Assembly (NCBI GenBank): GCA_036172245.1
Contig: JAYWIR010000005.1
Span: 5,828,001 to 5,892,000, forward strand
Length of the DNA stretch: 64,000 bases
DNA from: Raillietiella orientalis
Lineage: Eukaryota
Direction: 5' to 3'
Shown piece by piece: positions 1-11,000 of the stretch. Positions within the stretch are counted from its first letter, which is position 1; the number at the start of each line of letters is the position of its first letter. The position numbers were made by a program, and so were the translations under genes. The notes below the pieces were generated by a model. That model saw only the letters and a program-made list of their open reading frames with translations. It did no database searches and was not told where the DNA came from.

Positions 1-115
1 CTTGCGCTCCCACACCGGCGAGAAACCTTACATGTGCGAGTACCCGGGCTGCACGAAGGCCTTCAGCAATGCTTCGGACAGGGCGAAGCACCAGAACAGG
101 ACCCACTCCAACGAG
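1..115 (+). CDS. ci: ci/Gli exon (partial), zinc finger 4
   Basis: Frame from position 2 reads [40 protein letters not shown] donor at 116. Confidence 0.95.
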
Positions 116-3100
116 GTTTGCTGAGAACCGGGGTGGGAATTTCAGCTTCCCCGCCTTCCTCCCCTTCCCCCGTTCGCAATGCAAATGCTGCTAACGCTGA
201 GATGACGATGGCGATGTCCCGTACGCGCTCGCATTGGGCAAAGAAAGGAAGAAGGAAAATCTCCTCCTCCTCCTGGCAAGGAAGATGCGTGTTTCGTCAC
301 CATCAGCCACGGCAAGCCGCATCCTCGTTGCCATCGGACGGAGCGGACGCGTTTCCACCAGTTCTTTCGCCCAGGGCATCTGTTTTCTTTAAGGAAAACA
401 AAAGCTCGCGTGCTGCGAGTAAACCTGACGGATAAATCAACAACGCTGGGAAGTCGAGGCGAAGGGGGAGGGGAAGGAAGTGGAGGGAGGCACGCCTCGT
501 TTACCGGAACCCGCACTCGCGATTTTCCAGAAACCCTACGTCTGCAAGGCTCCCGGGTGCAACAAGAGATACACGGACCCCAGCTCGCTGAGGAAGCACG
601 TGAAGACTGTCCACGGACCCGAATTCTACGCGAGCAAGAAGCACAAGGGCAACGACTACTGCCACAAAAGCTCCAAGGCGGACCAGAGCAACGACATCGA
701 CCGGGGGTCCCTCTATGAAAACAGCCCTGCAAGAAGCGAGGATTGCTCCGCAAAGACCAACAGCGTTTCTAGTCCAAGCATCAAATCGGAGGTAAGAAAC
801 AGAAGCAGCGAAAGCCCCTGCATCTGTATCGAGGGGAGAGAAGGAGGGGGGAGGAGGCAGGAGGCTGAACATCCTTTCCGGGGTCTGCGCAGCGTCTCCC
901 AGCATCAGTGTATCCGCGGCGATACCCGCTGAGAGTCAAGTGGGCGAAACCTTGCTTCTTGACCGCCCTCTCGGCCAGCTTTAGGGAACCCGTCAGTAGG
1001 CACTGACCTTCCACCCCCTCTGCCGTTCACCAATTCAGTGTGTATCAAATTGGAGTGGAAAGCTACGAGTCCACCCGTATGGCCAGGGGGAGAGCGATTA
1101 AAGTAAAACAAAACAAAATGAAGCCCATTTTAACAGGTCCCAGAGTGGCCTCTTACGGCTGATCTGACCACCACCGGGTCGTTCGAACGGACCGCAAGCC
1201 AGAGCGCCCTCTCCGAACGCGTCTCTTAGCCAACAGCTGCTTGGCTGCTCCCGCAAGCACCATTTTTTTTTCGCCGTCATCCAGTGCCTTGCCCTGGATG
1301 CGTGCAGGATAGGCACAGGGCACTCCCTGTGCCTATCCTGCACGCTCGATGAGGAACGAACGGGTGCAGACCCTGCGAAGTCTTGTAGCGCAGAGGACAT
1401 TCCCGAGTCGGTCCTCCGTACAGGGATTTAGCGGCGGCTTCGCACAATTCCTCCCTTCCCTGCTCCCTTACTTCCCCCTCAGAGTCCCATCTTTCCAATG
1501 CGCGCAATCCGTTCCTTCCCTCGCTCGACTCGCGGTGGCGGCTGGCGTTGCCGAGGAGAGCGCTTCGCTGCTGACATGAGAGCCACTGCTGGTTTAGGGG
1601 CGCTGAAGAGGGTGGCGGAGAACTCAGGAGCCAGTTTCCACAGACGCTTATCTCCTCCTCTCAGGACCCGTTGTCCCCCCATTCCAACAAATCGAGCGGC
1701 AGTCCAGGGAACCACGCCGAGAACGCGCGGAAGAACCGCTGCTGCGCGCCTATAAGCGAGAACCGGGTGTCCACCACGAGTCAGCTGGGGGACTACCTGA
1801 ACGAGAGCGACCTCGAGCTGTTCGAATCGGACGTGGAGGTAGGAGGCGCCTGCGTCCTGCAACCTTTGCACGCCCTTCCCAGGTACCCGAACTCGTGAAC
1901 ATCAACACTGTGGGCGTGGTGAGCTCGACGAACGGAGACGGGATAGAAGTGGATTACGAGGACCTGGGCAGCAGGAACCGCCTCAAGTCCAGGATGAAGC
2001 CCGCCCGTTCCCTGGTTTCCTCCGGTAACTCAGTTTCCCTCCCGGTGCCGAAGCCTCTCGATAGGTAGCCTTTTGGCGACCCCCTTCCCCAAGGAGCGAG
2101 GAGGCTGCCGGCCGTCCTGAGCGACATCAACTCCAGGATCTCGAACCTCCGGATGACCCCTTCCGGCTACATCAAGGGAAAGGTAGACACCGCGGCCGTC
2201 TGCCGTCGCGACAGCAACTCGACCGTCAGCTCCTGCTACGGGAGCATGAGGAGCGACGCTTCCCCGCACCCATCCTACAGCAACGGGCAGATCGGTAGCA
2301 GGCGCTGCAGCGAAGCTTCCCAGGTGAGAGGTCCCTCCGGCATCCAGCGAAGAGTTCCTCACGTGGGAGGTGGGCTGTTTCAAGGCTTCCAGCCTGGGGA
2401 GAAGGGCCACCTTGGTGCAGTCGCCAGGCTTCGATCCGATATCCCCTGGGGACTCCCGTAGATCCAGCGAAGCGAGCGTGCCTTCCCAAAGTCTTTCCGC
2501 CAGCATGGCCGTCCACCTGCAGCAACTGCACAGGCGCATCCAAGACAGGAAGTTGAACCCCAGCGTGCCTGCGGCGCAGGTGAGGCGTCTCTGCGTCGCT
2601 CATTCCGCATCTCTTCTTCCCTTCGCTCTCCCGACCAGTACGTCACAAAAACGGAAGCGAGGAGAGCGTCCGATCCTATCATGCCGACGGAGAGGGCGAA
2701 CGCCCCTCCCCTGGTGCGCCACAACAGCTACACCAACTTCGACACGCTCCTGCCCCATGGACTCCCTTCCTCCGGTGGTGGCCAGGTCTCCCCGAGGGTG
2801 AACGACTTCGGCATGAGGAGCGGAAGGAGCCAGGTACTTCCAGGAAGCCCCGCGGCCTCGGGGAATGCCTGACTCACCTTCTCCTTGCAGGACGTGGCGA
2901 TAGCTAACGGCAGCCACCCGGACGGCGAGCTGAAGTCCCTGTATTCTTCGTCTCCGTGCTGCTATTCCAAGCCGCTTGCCTCGGCGCCTCAGCACTACGC
3001 CCTCTCGGACGGCTCCAGGCTGCCCGGGCACCAAGCCTTCCCTGAATGCTTCCCGCACCCTCCTTTCGAAAGAAGGAGCGTGCTGGACCAGCAGCACGGA

Positions 3101-4531
3101 GGTGGAGGCAGCTTATCCTCGGAAATCATCGGCCCGGGAGGCGTCGAGATTCCGAGGATGCGCTCCCCGCAATACGGCGAGATCGGCGCCCAGATCGCCG
3201 CCGCCGCCAGCCCCGCTCTCGGCATCCAGCAGCAGCTTCCCGCTGCTCCCTTTTCCCCCAGCCGCCTCATGAAGTCCCCTCTCCATCCGTACGGTCCCTC
3301 CGCCAACCATCAGATCATTGGTGCTTATCATCATCCCAGTGCATATCCAAGCGCCTTTGATTATCGGGAGGGCTACGCTCCCTACCGTCACCACGGCTAC
3401 GCCGCCGCTTCTCCTCCTCCTCCACCTCCTGCCCTGCATTTCAATCAGCCGAGCTCCCAGTGCTCCACGAGCACAAGCGGCCACCCGCACGTTCAAATCA
3501 GGAGCGCAGCGGTGGCTGCGTTGCCTTGCAACCCCTCCGCCATGAACCCTCCTCAGAACACGGCGTGCTCCAGCTATCCGGGAGGCGGCAGCGGCGGCTA
3601 CCCTTCCGAGCCGAGCGCCAGCCCTAATGTTCAGTGGGCTATGCACGAGGGAGGAGCCTGCTACAACTCCACCGCGACGTTCTCATCCGGGCAGCTCGGC
3701 TACCACCACCACCACCACGCGCCTCATCATCATCACCACCTCCACCACCACCAGTACGCCACCTCCGGCTTCATGGCCTCTGGAGACTCGATCCCGAAGT
3801 CCGCCTACGAGACGGCTCTGGCGCAGCACGGCTGCTACGGGGACAGAAACCTCCCGTTCTCCCCGGAGGCGCACTCCTTCACCACCGCCGCCATCTCCCA
3901 GAACGCTTCCTCCTCGGTCGGCGCGGGTTGCTGCCCGGCGATGCTGAACCAGGGGCAGCAGCAGCAGCAGCCGGCGGTCGAGTCCGTCGCCGCGGGCGCT
4001 ACCCCCGCTTCCGCCCTTCCCGAGGACTCCAGCGTCGGCGCCGATTTCATGAACCCACCCAGGGCGCCCGATCAGGGGGACCGCGCCATGTCGTCCTCCT
4101 ACATGGTGGACGTCTCCGCGGGCTACGGACAAGCAGCAGCCACGGCGGCCTCCCCTGCCGCGTACTCGAACGTTATGCCGCAGAACTTCACCGTGTCGGC
4201 GCTGGCAGGTCACCCTCCCCCTCCCCCTCAGTGCCTGGGGAGGACCTCGAGGCTGGAGGACAGTTCCGAGAGCGTTCCCATGAAACCGGAGACGTACCAG
4301 AGGACCCTGGAGTACGTGCAGCAGTGCCAGACGTGGAGTCAATCACAGAAAGATGCCGTCTTAGCGGGGACTCAGACCTCGGAGGGAGGTGCACAGTTCC
4401 CCAGGCCGAAACCCTATTACCATCACTCGAGTGCCTTTCCCGGGAGCAACATGGTGGTCGGCTACATGAACGCGTCCATGTCATCGCTTGCCGAAGAGAA
4501 CAAATACCTGCAGAACATCCAGCTCATGTGA
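1..4531 (+). CDS. ci: Cubitus interruptus / Gli-family zinc-finger transcription factor, 3' portion (5' end upstream of window)
   Basis: Exons <1-115, 531-791, 1665-1838, 1883-2024, 2094-2323, 2385-2579, 2639-2833, 2891-4531 join in frame through GT-AG introns. They encode ZF4 ([32 protein letters not shown]), ZF5 ([28 protein letters not shown]), the PKA cluster ([31 protein letters not shown]) and the C-terminal motifs [15 protein letters not shown] and [25 protein letters not shown] at 4529-4531. Confidence 0.95.
531..791 (+). CDS. ci: ci/Gli exon, zinc finger 5
   Basis: ttttccag acceptor, [29 protein letters not shown]...SSPSIKSE, gtaag donor at 792. Confidence 0.95.
1300..1345. repeat. 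Perfect inverted repeat (21-bp stem, 4-nt loop) in a ci intron
   Basis: gcgtgcaggataggcacaggg-cact-ccctgtgcctatcctgcacgc; the arms are exact reverse complements. Confidence 0.95.
1665..1838 (+). CDS. ci: ci/Gli exon
   Basis: ctctcag acceptor; DPLSPH...[10 protein letters not shown] (Ci-like motif)...ESDVE; GT at 1839. Confidence 0.8.
1883..2024 (+). CDS. ci: ci/Gli exon
   Basis: cttcccag acceptor; VPELVN...[17 protein letters not shown]; gtaac donor at 2025 (phase 1); in-frame stop if the intron is retained. Confidence 0.75.
2094..2323 (+). CDS. ci: ci/Gli exon, PKA/CK1/GSK3 phospho-cluster
   Basis: [17 protein letters not shown]...RRCSEASQ; gtgag donor at 2324. Confidence 0.85.
2385..2579 (+). 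CDS. ci: ci/Gli exon
   Basis: [13 protein letters not shown] matches the Gli (Y/F)DPIS...SRRSS motif; gtgag donor at 2580. Confidence 0.85.
2639..2833 (+). CDS. ci: ci/Gli exon
   Basis: RRASDP and RHNS Gli motifs; cag acceptor at 2636-2638, GT at 2834. Confidence 0.85.
2891..4531 (+). CDS. ci: ci/Gli terminal coding exon (activation domain)
   Basis: ccttgcag acceptor; 547-codon open frame rich in Pro/Ser/His/Gln, ending in conserved Ci C-terminal motifs. Confidence 0.92.
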   Translation, partial: DVAIANGSHPDGELKSLYSSSPCCYSKPLASAPQHYALSDGSRLPGHQAFPECFPHPPFERRSVLDQQHGGGGSLSSEIIGPGGVEIPRMRSPQYGEIGAQIAAAASPALGIQQQLPAAPFSPSRLMKSPLHPYGPSANHQIIGAYHHPSAYPSAFDYREGYAPYRHHGYAAASPPPPPPALHFNQPSSQCSTSTSGHPHVQIRSAAVAALPCNPSAMNPPQNTACSSYPGGGSGGYPSEPSASPNVQWAMHEGGACYNSTATFSSGQLGYHHHHHAPHHHHHLHHHQYATSGFMASGDSIPKSAYETALAQHGCYGDRNLPFSPEAHSFTTAAISQNASSSVGAGCCPAMLNQGQQQQQPAVESVAAGATPASALPEDSSVGADFMNPPRAPDQGDRAMSSSYMVDVSAGYGQAAATAASPAAYSNVMPQNFTVSALAGHPPPPPQCLGRTSRLEDSSESVPMKPETYQRTLEYVQQCQTWSQSQKDAVLAGTQTSEGGAQFPRPKPYYHHSSAFPGSNMVVGYMNASMSSLAEENKYLQNIQLM

Positions 4532-5065
4532 GGAGGAAGAGGAAGAAGGGAACGGGATGATGCACACGTGCTCGTGAGCAAGCTTTCCCTCGATCCGGCG
4601 TGACCTTCCCGCCGCAGCCGTCGGGTTATCTTTCTCCCTCCTTCGTCAGGACGCACGAATGCCTCCTCCTCCTCCTCCCGTTTGACAGCGAGGACTCCTG
4701 TGGAAACTGCGGTGACGTGTAAAGGCATCCGGGTGGGGTGCGTACGTGACACCTCGAGCACGACCAGGAAACGTCGCTCACGTGCGTTTCGCGGACAGAG
4801 GCGGCAGCGGATCGCACGCCTGTGGGCAGCATGTGCGAGTGGGAGAGCGGGAAAAGCCGTTCGCTCGCGCGCTGCCGCCTCCCTCCCCCCCCCCCGGTCC
4901 CTCCTCTCAGGTGTCCCCGCATCCTGAAAGCGGAGAAAAGCTGAAGTTGGGAGAGAGACCCAACCCTTCCTGCGGTGCTGCGGGAGACGCGACCGGGAGG
5001 TTCTGTCCGAAGGGAGCAGCGGGGCAGAAACCACGCGAGGAGGACGCTTTTGAAATCCGAGACGA

Positions 5066-5071
5066 AATAAA
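5066..5071 (+). promoter_or_regulatory. Candidate polyadenylation signal of ci
   Basis: AATAAA about 535 nt after the stop codon; position only, no transcript evidence. Confidence 0.3.
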
Positions 5072-7399
5072 ACTTGTTGACTCTGGCTGGCCTTGGGTCC
5101 CTCCATGGGCATGGGAGCACGCCGGGCGGTACTCCCGGGGACGACAAAGGTGCCTCCTCCCTTCTGACGAACGTTCGAACGCAGGGACGCCTCACCCACC
5201 GCCCGAGATACCTTCTGGGTGGGAGCGCGGAACCCAGCATTCTTGGACGCCCGGGTCTGAGTCTTTCGGAGCACCAAGCGGAATTGAAGCCCCCTCAGGA
5301 TAGACCACTCTCAACAAAGAAGGAAACATCCACGGAGCCTCCTGGAAAGTCATCTCCTTAGAAGAAAACGTGTTTATCGTAAAAAAAAAAAAAAAAAAAA
5401 TATTCATAAGAAAAAAGTCGGTCTTTCTTCGTAGTGGCTTCACCTTAACCCTTCGAAGGGAGATGCCTCAGAGGAGCTGCTTCTTGGAGCAGCTCCCTCG
5501 ATGAGGTCCGCACAGGAGAACGGGGGAAGGAGGGGTGAACAAAAAACGCGCATACAGAGAAGTTCAGTTTAAAAATCCATTGGGGGGGGGGGGGGGCACA
5601 GATTTCAGCCTGGCGTTCTCAGCATCCTCTGAAGGATGTTGGAAACTTCCTCCTTTTGTTGGCAGGGATGTGGCAATCTTGTCGCATTCCTCATGAAGGA
5701 GCAGACAATCGCGATGGCCTCAGCATTCGAATGGCCTCTTTCGGCGCGGCTTCTCGCCGTTGCAATCCCGTGAAGGCAGCACGGAGCTGCAAGGGAAGCT
5801 GCAGGAGACGTCGAGTCGCGCGTGAAGACACGCAGGAGGGCAGCACAATGCAACAGGCGCGGGAAGGTGTTTCTTTCTGGCACAGTGTAGGGCCACAATC
5901 TCCCTTGCCCAGTGATGGATTCTTGCGTTGCATAGGATCGCCCAGCGCAACCACTGCAATGACGAATCCTGCCACTCAAGGGAAGCGTGAAGCTGCCCAC
6001 AAACACGGGGGGAGTCTCTATCTCTTCTAGGGGAATGTCCAGAATTTCTGCCCAGCGAAGCATTCCTCTGGAGAGGGCGGCGGGGATACATGCATCAGCC
6101 AGTTGATGTGCCAGCTGCTCCTTTTTTCCCGCGATCTCGTAGGATACTTCCCATCTTGTAAGGCCATCGCTATTTCCACGTTGTTAGATTGTGTTGAGCG
6201 TGGCCGCAAGTGGAGTGTTCCGTGTCCAGGTTGTCTTCCTTGGAGTCCATGGTTTCCTGCAACGAGCATCGAGAGGAGTTTGAGAAACGCAGACGTCGCG
6301 ATGGCTCCGGACTGGTGCTGTTTCTTTTCACCCGCGCCCGAACTGTTTCCTTTTTCCAGGCAACACAGCGTGAAGACAGGAAATGCACCTGTCCGCCTGG
6401 ATCAAGGCGACCACTTGCTGGGGTTGGTACCCACATCGGGGCAACTCTCGGTGACCATGCACGAGGAACGCACGAGGATGTCCCACGGCTCCGGCTGCTC
6501 GCTTGACCAGGAGTCTGGCTAGGACGCACCAATGTGTGTGGTCCAGAACTTTGCCTCTAGAGCTAATCTTATACACTGGAGCTGACGCTCCATCCTCTCC
6601 AACTTCCAGACGCCAAGTTCGGCATCCCGATGAGCACAAGTCCTTCAATCGGACCCGGGACCTCTGCACTCCCCAGAAGGCTTTTCGCTGAAGACCCTCA
6701 GTCCTCTTTTTTACATCTCCGAGCGGGGGAGCAACAAAAAGCAAGAGAGTCGGAGGAGAGGAGCTACGAACGTGTTCCAGAGGACAGCCCGTTCCGGCAA
6801 AAGAAACTTGCCATTCAGAAACGGACCGAGTGCCGATTCTGCCTTTTGGAGACAACAGGACTAGGCTGCTGCTGCGCAAAAGTCCCCCGATGAAGCTCCT
6901 AGGTACTTAAAACACCTGACCGTGGAGATCTCCGACGGATCCAGTTCGGTTGCCCTGCCCACGCCGCATCACAGTCGACTTCGCCCTGTTTCTACTCATG
7001 CCAGCTCTCCGGCGGGTCAGCTCGGGGAATTCCTCGAACGAGCCGCCGGGAGGAGATGGAAGAAACGTGTGAAGCTCAACAGAGACACATCATCCCATAA
7101 CAGTTCTTTTCCACCTGCAGGTCGCGTCCATCCATGCTGATAGCTTGGCGTTTGGAAAAGACTGGCGCCCTCAAGCAACTGAGGCAACGGTGCCCTTGAC
7201 GTCTCAAGGTATCTTGTTTGATGCAACATCTGAGAAAACTGGAAATTTCTCATCGAATTCTCCCGCGGATTCCCACCTTGGATAATCATCTCAGTCACCA
7301 TCTTTCGTCACCGGTCCGTGTGGGTGGCGATGACGATGATGCTCGAATGATTCATTCTAGCTGGATTAATTGGGCACAGGAGGTTTAGGAGGACTAGAT

Positions 7400-8790
7400 A
7401 AAACATCTACATGACCGCAGCATCAATACATCGATCTGTTGCATACCTTGGTGAAGATTGCTGTCTATGGCTGGCTTCAAAAGCGCTATTATCCGGTGAA
7501 AGGACGCTGTGGATGCTAGCCGGAGGCTTTCAGAGATCAAGAGTGAAAGAACGGATGCAGGAGGATGTCGTGCTAATGGACCAGAATGTTCTTAAACACG
7601 ATCCTAGAGCAGGAAGCTGCAAATTACCTGCATCAGCAAACAAAGAACTCTTTGGGATTGCTGCCGCAGGCAGCAGAGCACACGGCAGCTGTTCTCGTTC
7701 CGCTAGTGGCTTCCTTCCCACCGACATAGCAAGTCCGCCGAAAAGAAGCTCTTCGAAAGAAGTTCCGGTTACGCAGGTGGCTTAGGGCTGCCGGTCGATT
7801 CAGCCACGCACTGCCGGGTCCTGATCCGTGTAGCTCTGGGGATCTACGAGGTCCAGGATCTGCCTGAAAAACTTGGAGGCTCAAGCATCCTGACGCTGGA
7901 GAGAAACGGACTGCAAGTGCAGTTCCGAATGCAAGTGCAGCCGTGGACTTTTCCATTCCGTGGCGCCTGCACATCCTACGGAGATGAGCCGGCGGTGAAG
8001 GACTGTCGTTGCTTCCGAGCACCCGTTACTGGATTCAGGGATTCATCTTCCCCCTAAGGTAACTCGCCTCCCTAGTGGAAGCCCAATTATGAATCTCCTG
8101 CCTCCCAATGAACTTCAATGCCTGACCGCAGGAGGTTGTTGAGTGTTGCGCTGCATTCCAGGGAATGCGCCCGGAGGATCTTTGACCTCTGCAACACTTT
8201 CTACGACGACCTTTAGAAGTGGTGATGCAGGACATGGCAAAGTGGTCGACCCTGGCTTCCACACCCCCTGCTGCAGCGCTGTCTGCCCTGAGGGCAAGCA
8301 ATGACAGCTGCCAACCGGCGAAGTGGGAGTTTTCCTTTACCATCTTAGGTAAAACAAAACTCCTTGGCGACTGGAAGATGCACGAGTTGTTGGATGCTGC
8401 CACTCCACATACTCTGGCGACAGGACTCCTTCGGTAGAGTCAACTTCTGTTTGCCTCGAGGAACTTGTGGTCCCTCCCCAATGTTTGGACGTTTCTGCGT
8501 TTCTGCTCTCCTGGGAACAGGCTATACGGCTCTTTCTGCGCTGGGGGTTCCGGTGCAATGAGCGTCAGCACCCTCTTTTCCTCAGAGGTTGTGTCCCCGA
8601 ACTGTGCCAGATGCGGGTCGCCAGAGTCGATCCCGCGCCTGTTTTGGAACTGTGTTGCCCTCCAGGAACTGTGAAAGGAGGCTGGCGTCAGCGCTCCTGA
8701 GCCAGGAGGACACTGTCCGCGACCTGCTGCGACGGTTCTTCGCGCCGGGAGGACTTTCTACGGCCGTGGTGATCGCCGCCATCGCAGGTT
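7400..8790 (+). mobile_element. Degenerate L1/Tx1-like non-LTR retrotransposon ORF2 C-terminal relic
   Basis: Broken frames give AYLG (RT thumb-like), WKMHELLDAATPHTL, and SPNCARCGSPESIPRLFWNC, which resembles the zf-RVT C-x2-C...E...F..C knuckle. Boundaries approximate. Confidence 0.5.
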
Positions 8791-10699
8791 CGTCATATGT
8801 TGGAGGCGACGATGAAGCGAAGGGAGGTCACTACTATGGAGGCTGTCTACGTGAGGGCGACTGCATGGTGGCCTCACCTCGAAGGAGTGAAAGCGGAGAT
8901 CGCCGGCATACAGCGCCGGTTCTGAAGTAAAGGAACGGTCGACACCGGTGACCCTTGTCCCTCAGCATCCCTTTTTTTTAATCTTTTCTCAATGCCCATT
9001 CCTTTCGTTCTGGACCTTTCCCAGTTTTTGGTAATTTCTCCCAGCATATAAGGAGCGACACCAAAGATCCTTGCCCCTCCCTCGAGTACTTTCTAATTTT
9101 TTCTTTGTCCCCTTTCCTCTCTCCTTTCCTGACCAGCATATCGGCGGACTCCCCCCCAGAACTTCTTTTGTGTTTGGTCGGGAACCAATGTGTTCTGTGA
9201 CTGGTTTCTTCTTATGAAGTAAACGCTTCGGCATGACCGGGTGAAAAACTTCATGTAACTCTTCATCCCTAAGGGGGGAGGAACGGAATCTTCCCTTCCG
9301 GCAAACCGAGAACATTCCAGGAGCCACGTAGCACCGGTAACTCAATCTCTCTAAGAGGACTACTTCAGGAGCCATCAACCGGAAAGACCAAGGTGCGTCA
9401 GATGTGCCAGAGAGTCTGGTTGCCGATTCGTAAACCGCGCCGCACGAGATCTGGAGGCATGCTTTCTCCGGCTTCCAGCTGAAGCGTAGAGGAGCAATAT
9501 CTCGAGGCAGAAAGACCTCTGCCTGAGGATAATCCCTTTCTGAAAACTTCCAAAGCTCGCGCGTTCGAGCGGCAAACTGCGTGGAAGACTTCTCAGAGGG
9601 AGAGGAGTCTGCACAGGTGGGATCTGCGGAACCGATGCTGGACGCCCGATGGGAGGACATCGATCCTCGCTGGAAGGTCTTTCGTGATGTGCAAAGTCCT
9701 CCATCCAGCAGCATCATCAGTTTGCACTGAGAGCCAAGGAATGATCCGGGATTACAGAGGGTCGGTTGCGCGAAAGGACAACCGAGGTCGAGGAGAGTGC
9801 CCAAGGCACCTTTGATCTGTCAGCCGAGGATTTCCTAAGTCTTGACCAACTCAGATGCAGCAATAGACCCAACAGAGCGGGGGCATGCCTGCCCGTCGGA
9901 TTGTTTGGCTTGGGATTTGCTCCACTCCCCATCGCGCGATGGAGCAGCCGCTAGGTGGGAAACTGTGGCAAAGTTCCGAGCGGAACCGGAGGAGGAGGAG
10001 GTTGTAGGGACCCACACGATGCTGAGGTCACCCAACCCCAGGCCAAGAGTTACGCGGTAACGGGTTCTCCTTCTTCGTCCTTTCCATTTCTTGTGGGAAG
10101 GAACGGGAAGCGAAAGAAAACTAGCCGTGGGACGTCCAGGAAAGAAAGGGAGGGTGTTTCCCTTCTGGATCGAGCCTACGGCTGCGGCGGAGCTTCTCTT
10201 CTTCCTGACGATCCCGCACACTCGCTGCCCTGCCCTCAGGCAGCCCCCTTTGCCGCCCTCGTGCGCCTCTCGGCAAGGGTGGATGGAAAAATCCGTTGCG
10301 TTGGGAGGAGGGGGGGGGGGATAGCCCAACCGATGGGGCGCAGAGACCCGTTCGACTTCGAAGCTGACCGGAAAGGTGAGCAGCTTTGATGAGTTGACCG
10401 TAGGAGCAATCAAGCACAGGAAGGAAAAGAAAATGATCACAGGAAAAAGAAAGAGAGAGAATTGGGAAGCTCTTGGTTCTGCTGCAGGGTTCTGGCTTGC
10501 CTGAGAGAACGGGGACAGGGGTTAGTTGATTCCGTTTCTGGACTACGGCGGCTTCGGAAACGCCCAGAAGTTATCCGGGGAACAGGTGCGCAAGTCAAGA
10601 GTCATGGTCCATCTATTGGGATCATAGGGTCCTCGCAACGACGCGGCCCTTCGGGAGCACCCCGCAAGCGCACGCACAGAAGATGAGACAACTTGCAGT

Positions 10700-11000
10700 T
10701 TCTTCCAACACCCACTACAGCCAAGATGTGCATCGGATCCGCATTCTGAAACACTTTCTGAACGAGATGTCCATGCCCGTCGGAACAGGAGATGATGGGA
10801 AACTCGACCGTGCGACCTGGGCAACCAAATGATGAGGAAGATCGTAGCAAATCATCACCAAAGCAGCAATGTCGCTGAGGAATCCCGATTTGTGTACCTC
10901 CCAGCGATGAAGACATCGTAATGAAGAGAGTGAGAGGATAGCTGAGACACTGGGTCCGCACTCTTGATGTACTTGTACAAGCTGCAATAAAAAAAGGGCT
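10700..11000 (-). mobile_element. Degenerate LINE reverse-transcriptase fragment
   Basis: SRVRTQCLSYPLTLFITM ... HCCFGDDLL resembles the GVRQGCPLSPLLF ... (Y/F)ADD motifs in the expected order and spacing. Confidence 0.4.

Noticed and set aside
3113..5303. Long overlapping ORFs (3634-4560 +, 3683-4342 -, 4462-5277 -, 4626-5240 -)
   Set aside because: Shadow frames of the GC-rich ci exon and its 3' UTR, with no recognisable domains.
5381..5596. Poly(A) and poly(G) tracts as a retro-insertion tail or G-quadruplex element
   Set aside because: Long homopolymers are common throughout the window (e.g. ~30004, ~34686, ~45321, ~47706), and no target duplication was found.
6300..6900. LINE ORF1 zinc-knuckle-like remnant on the minus strand
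   Set aside because: Requires mixing frames and the CCHC pattern is incomplete; too weak to call.
8989..9804. 271-aa minus-strand ORF
   Set aside because: No recognisable motif or exon structure; it may continue a decayed LINE, but I cannot support that.
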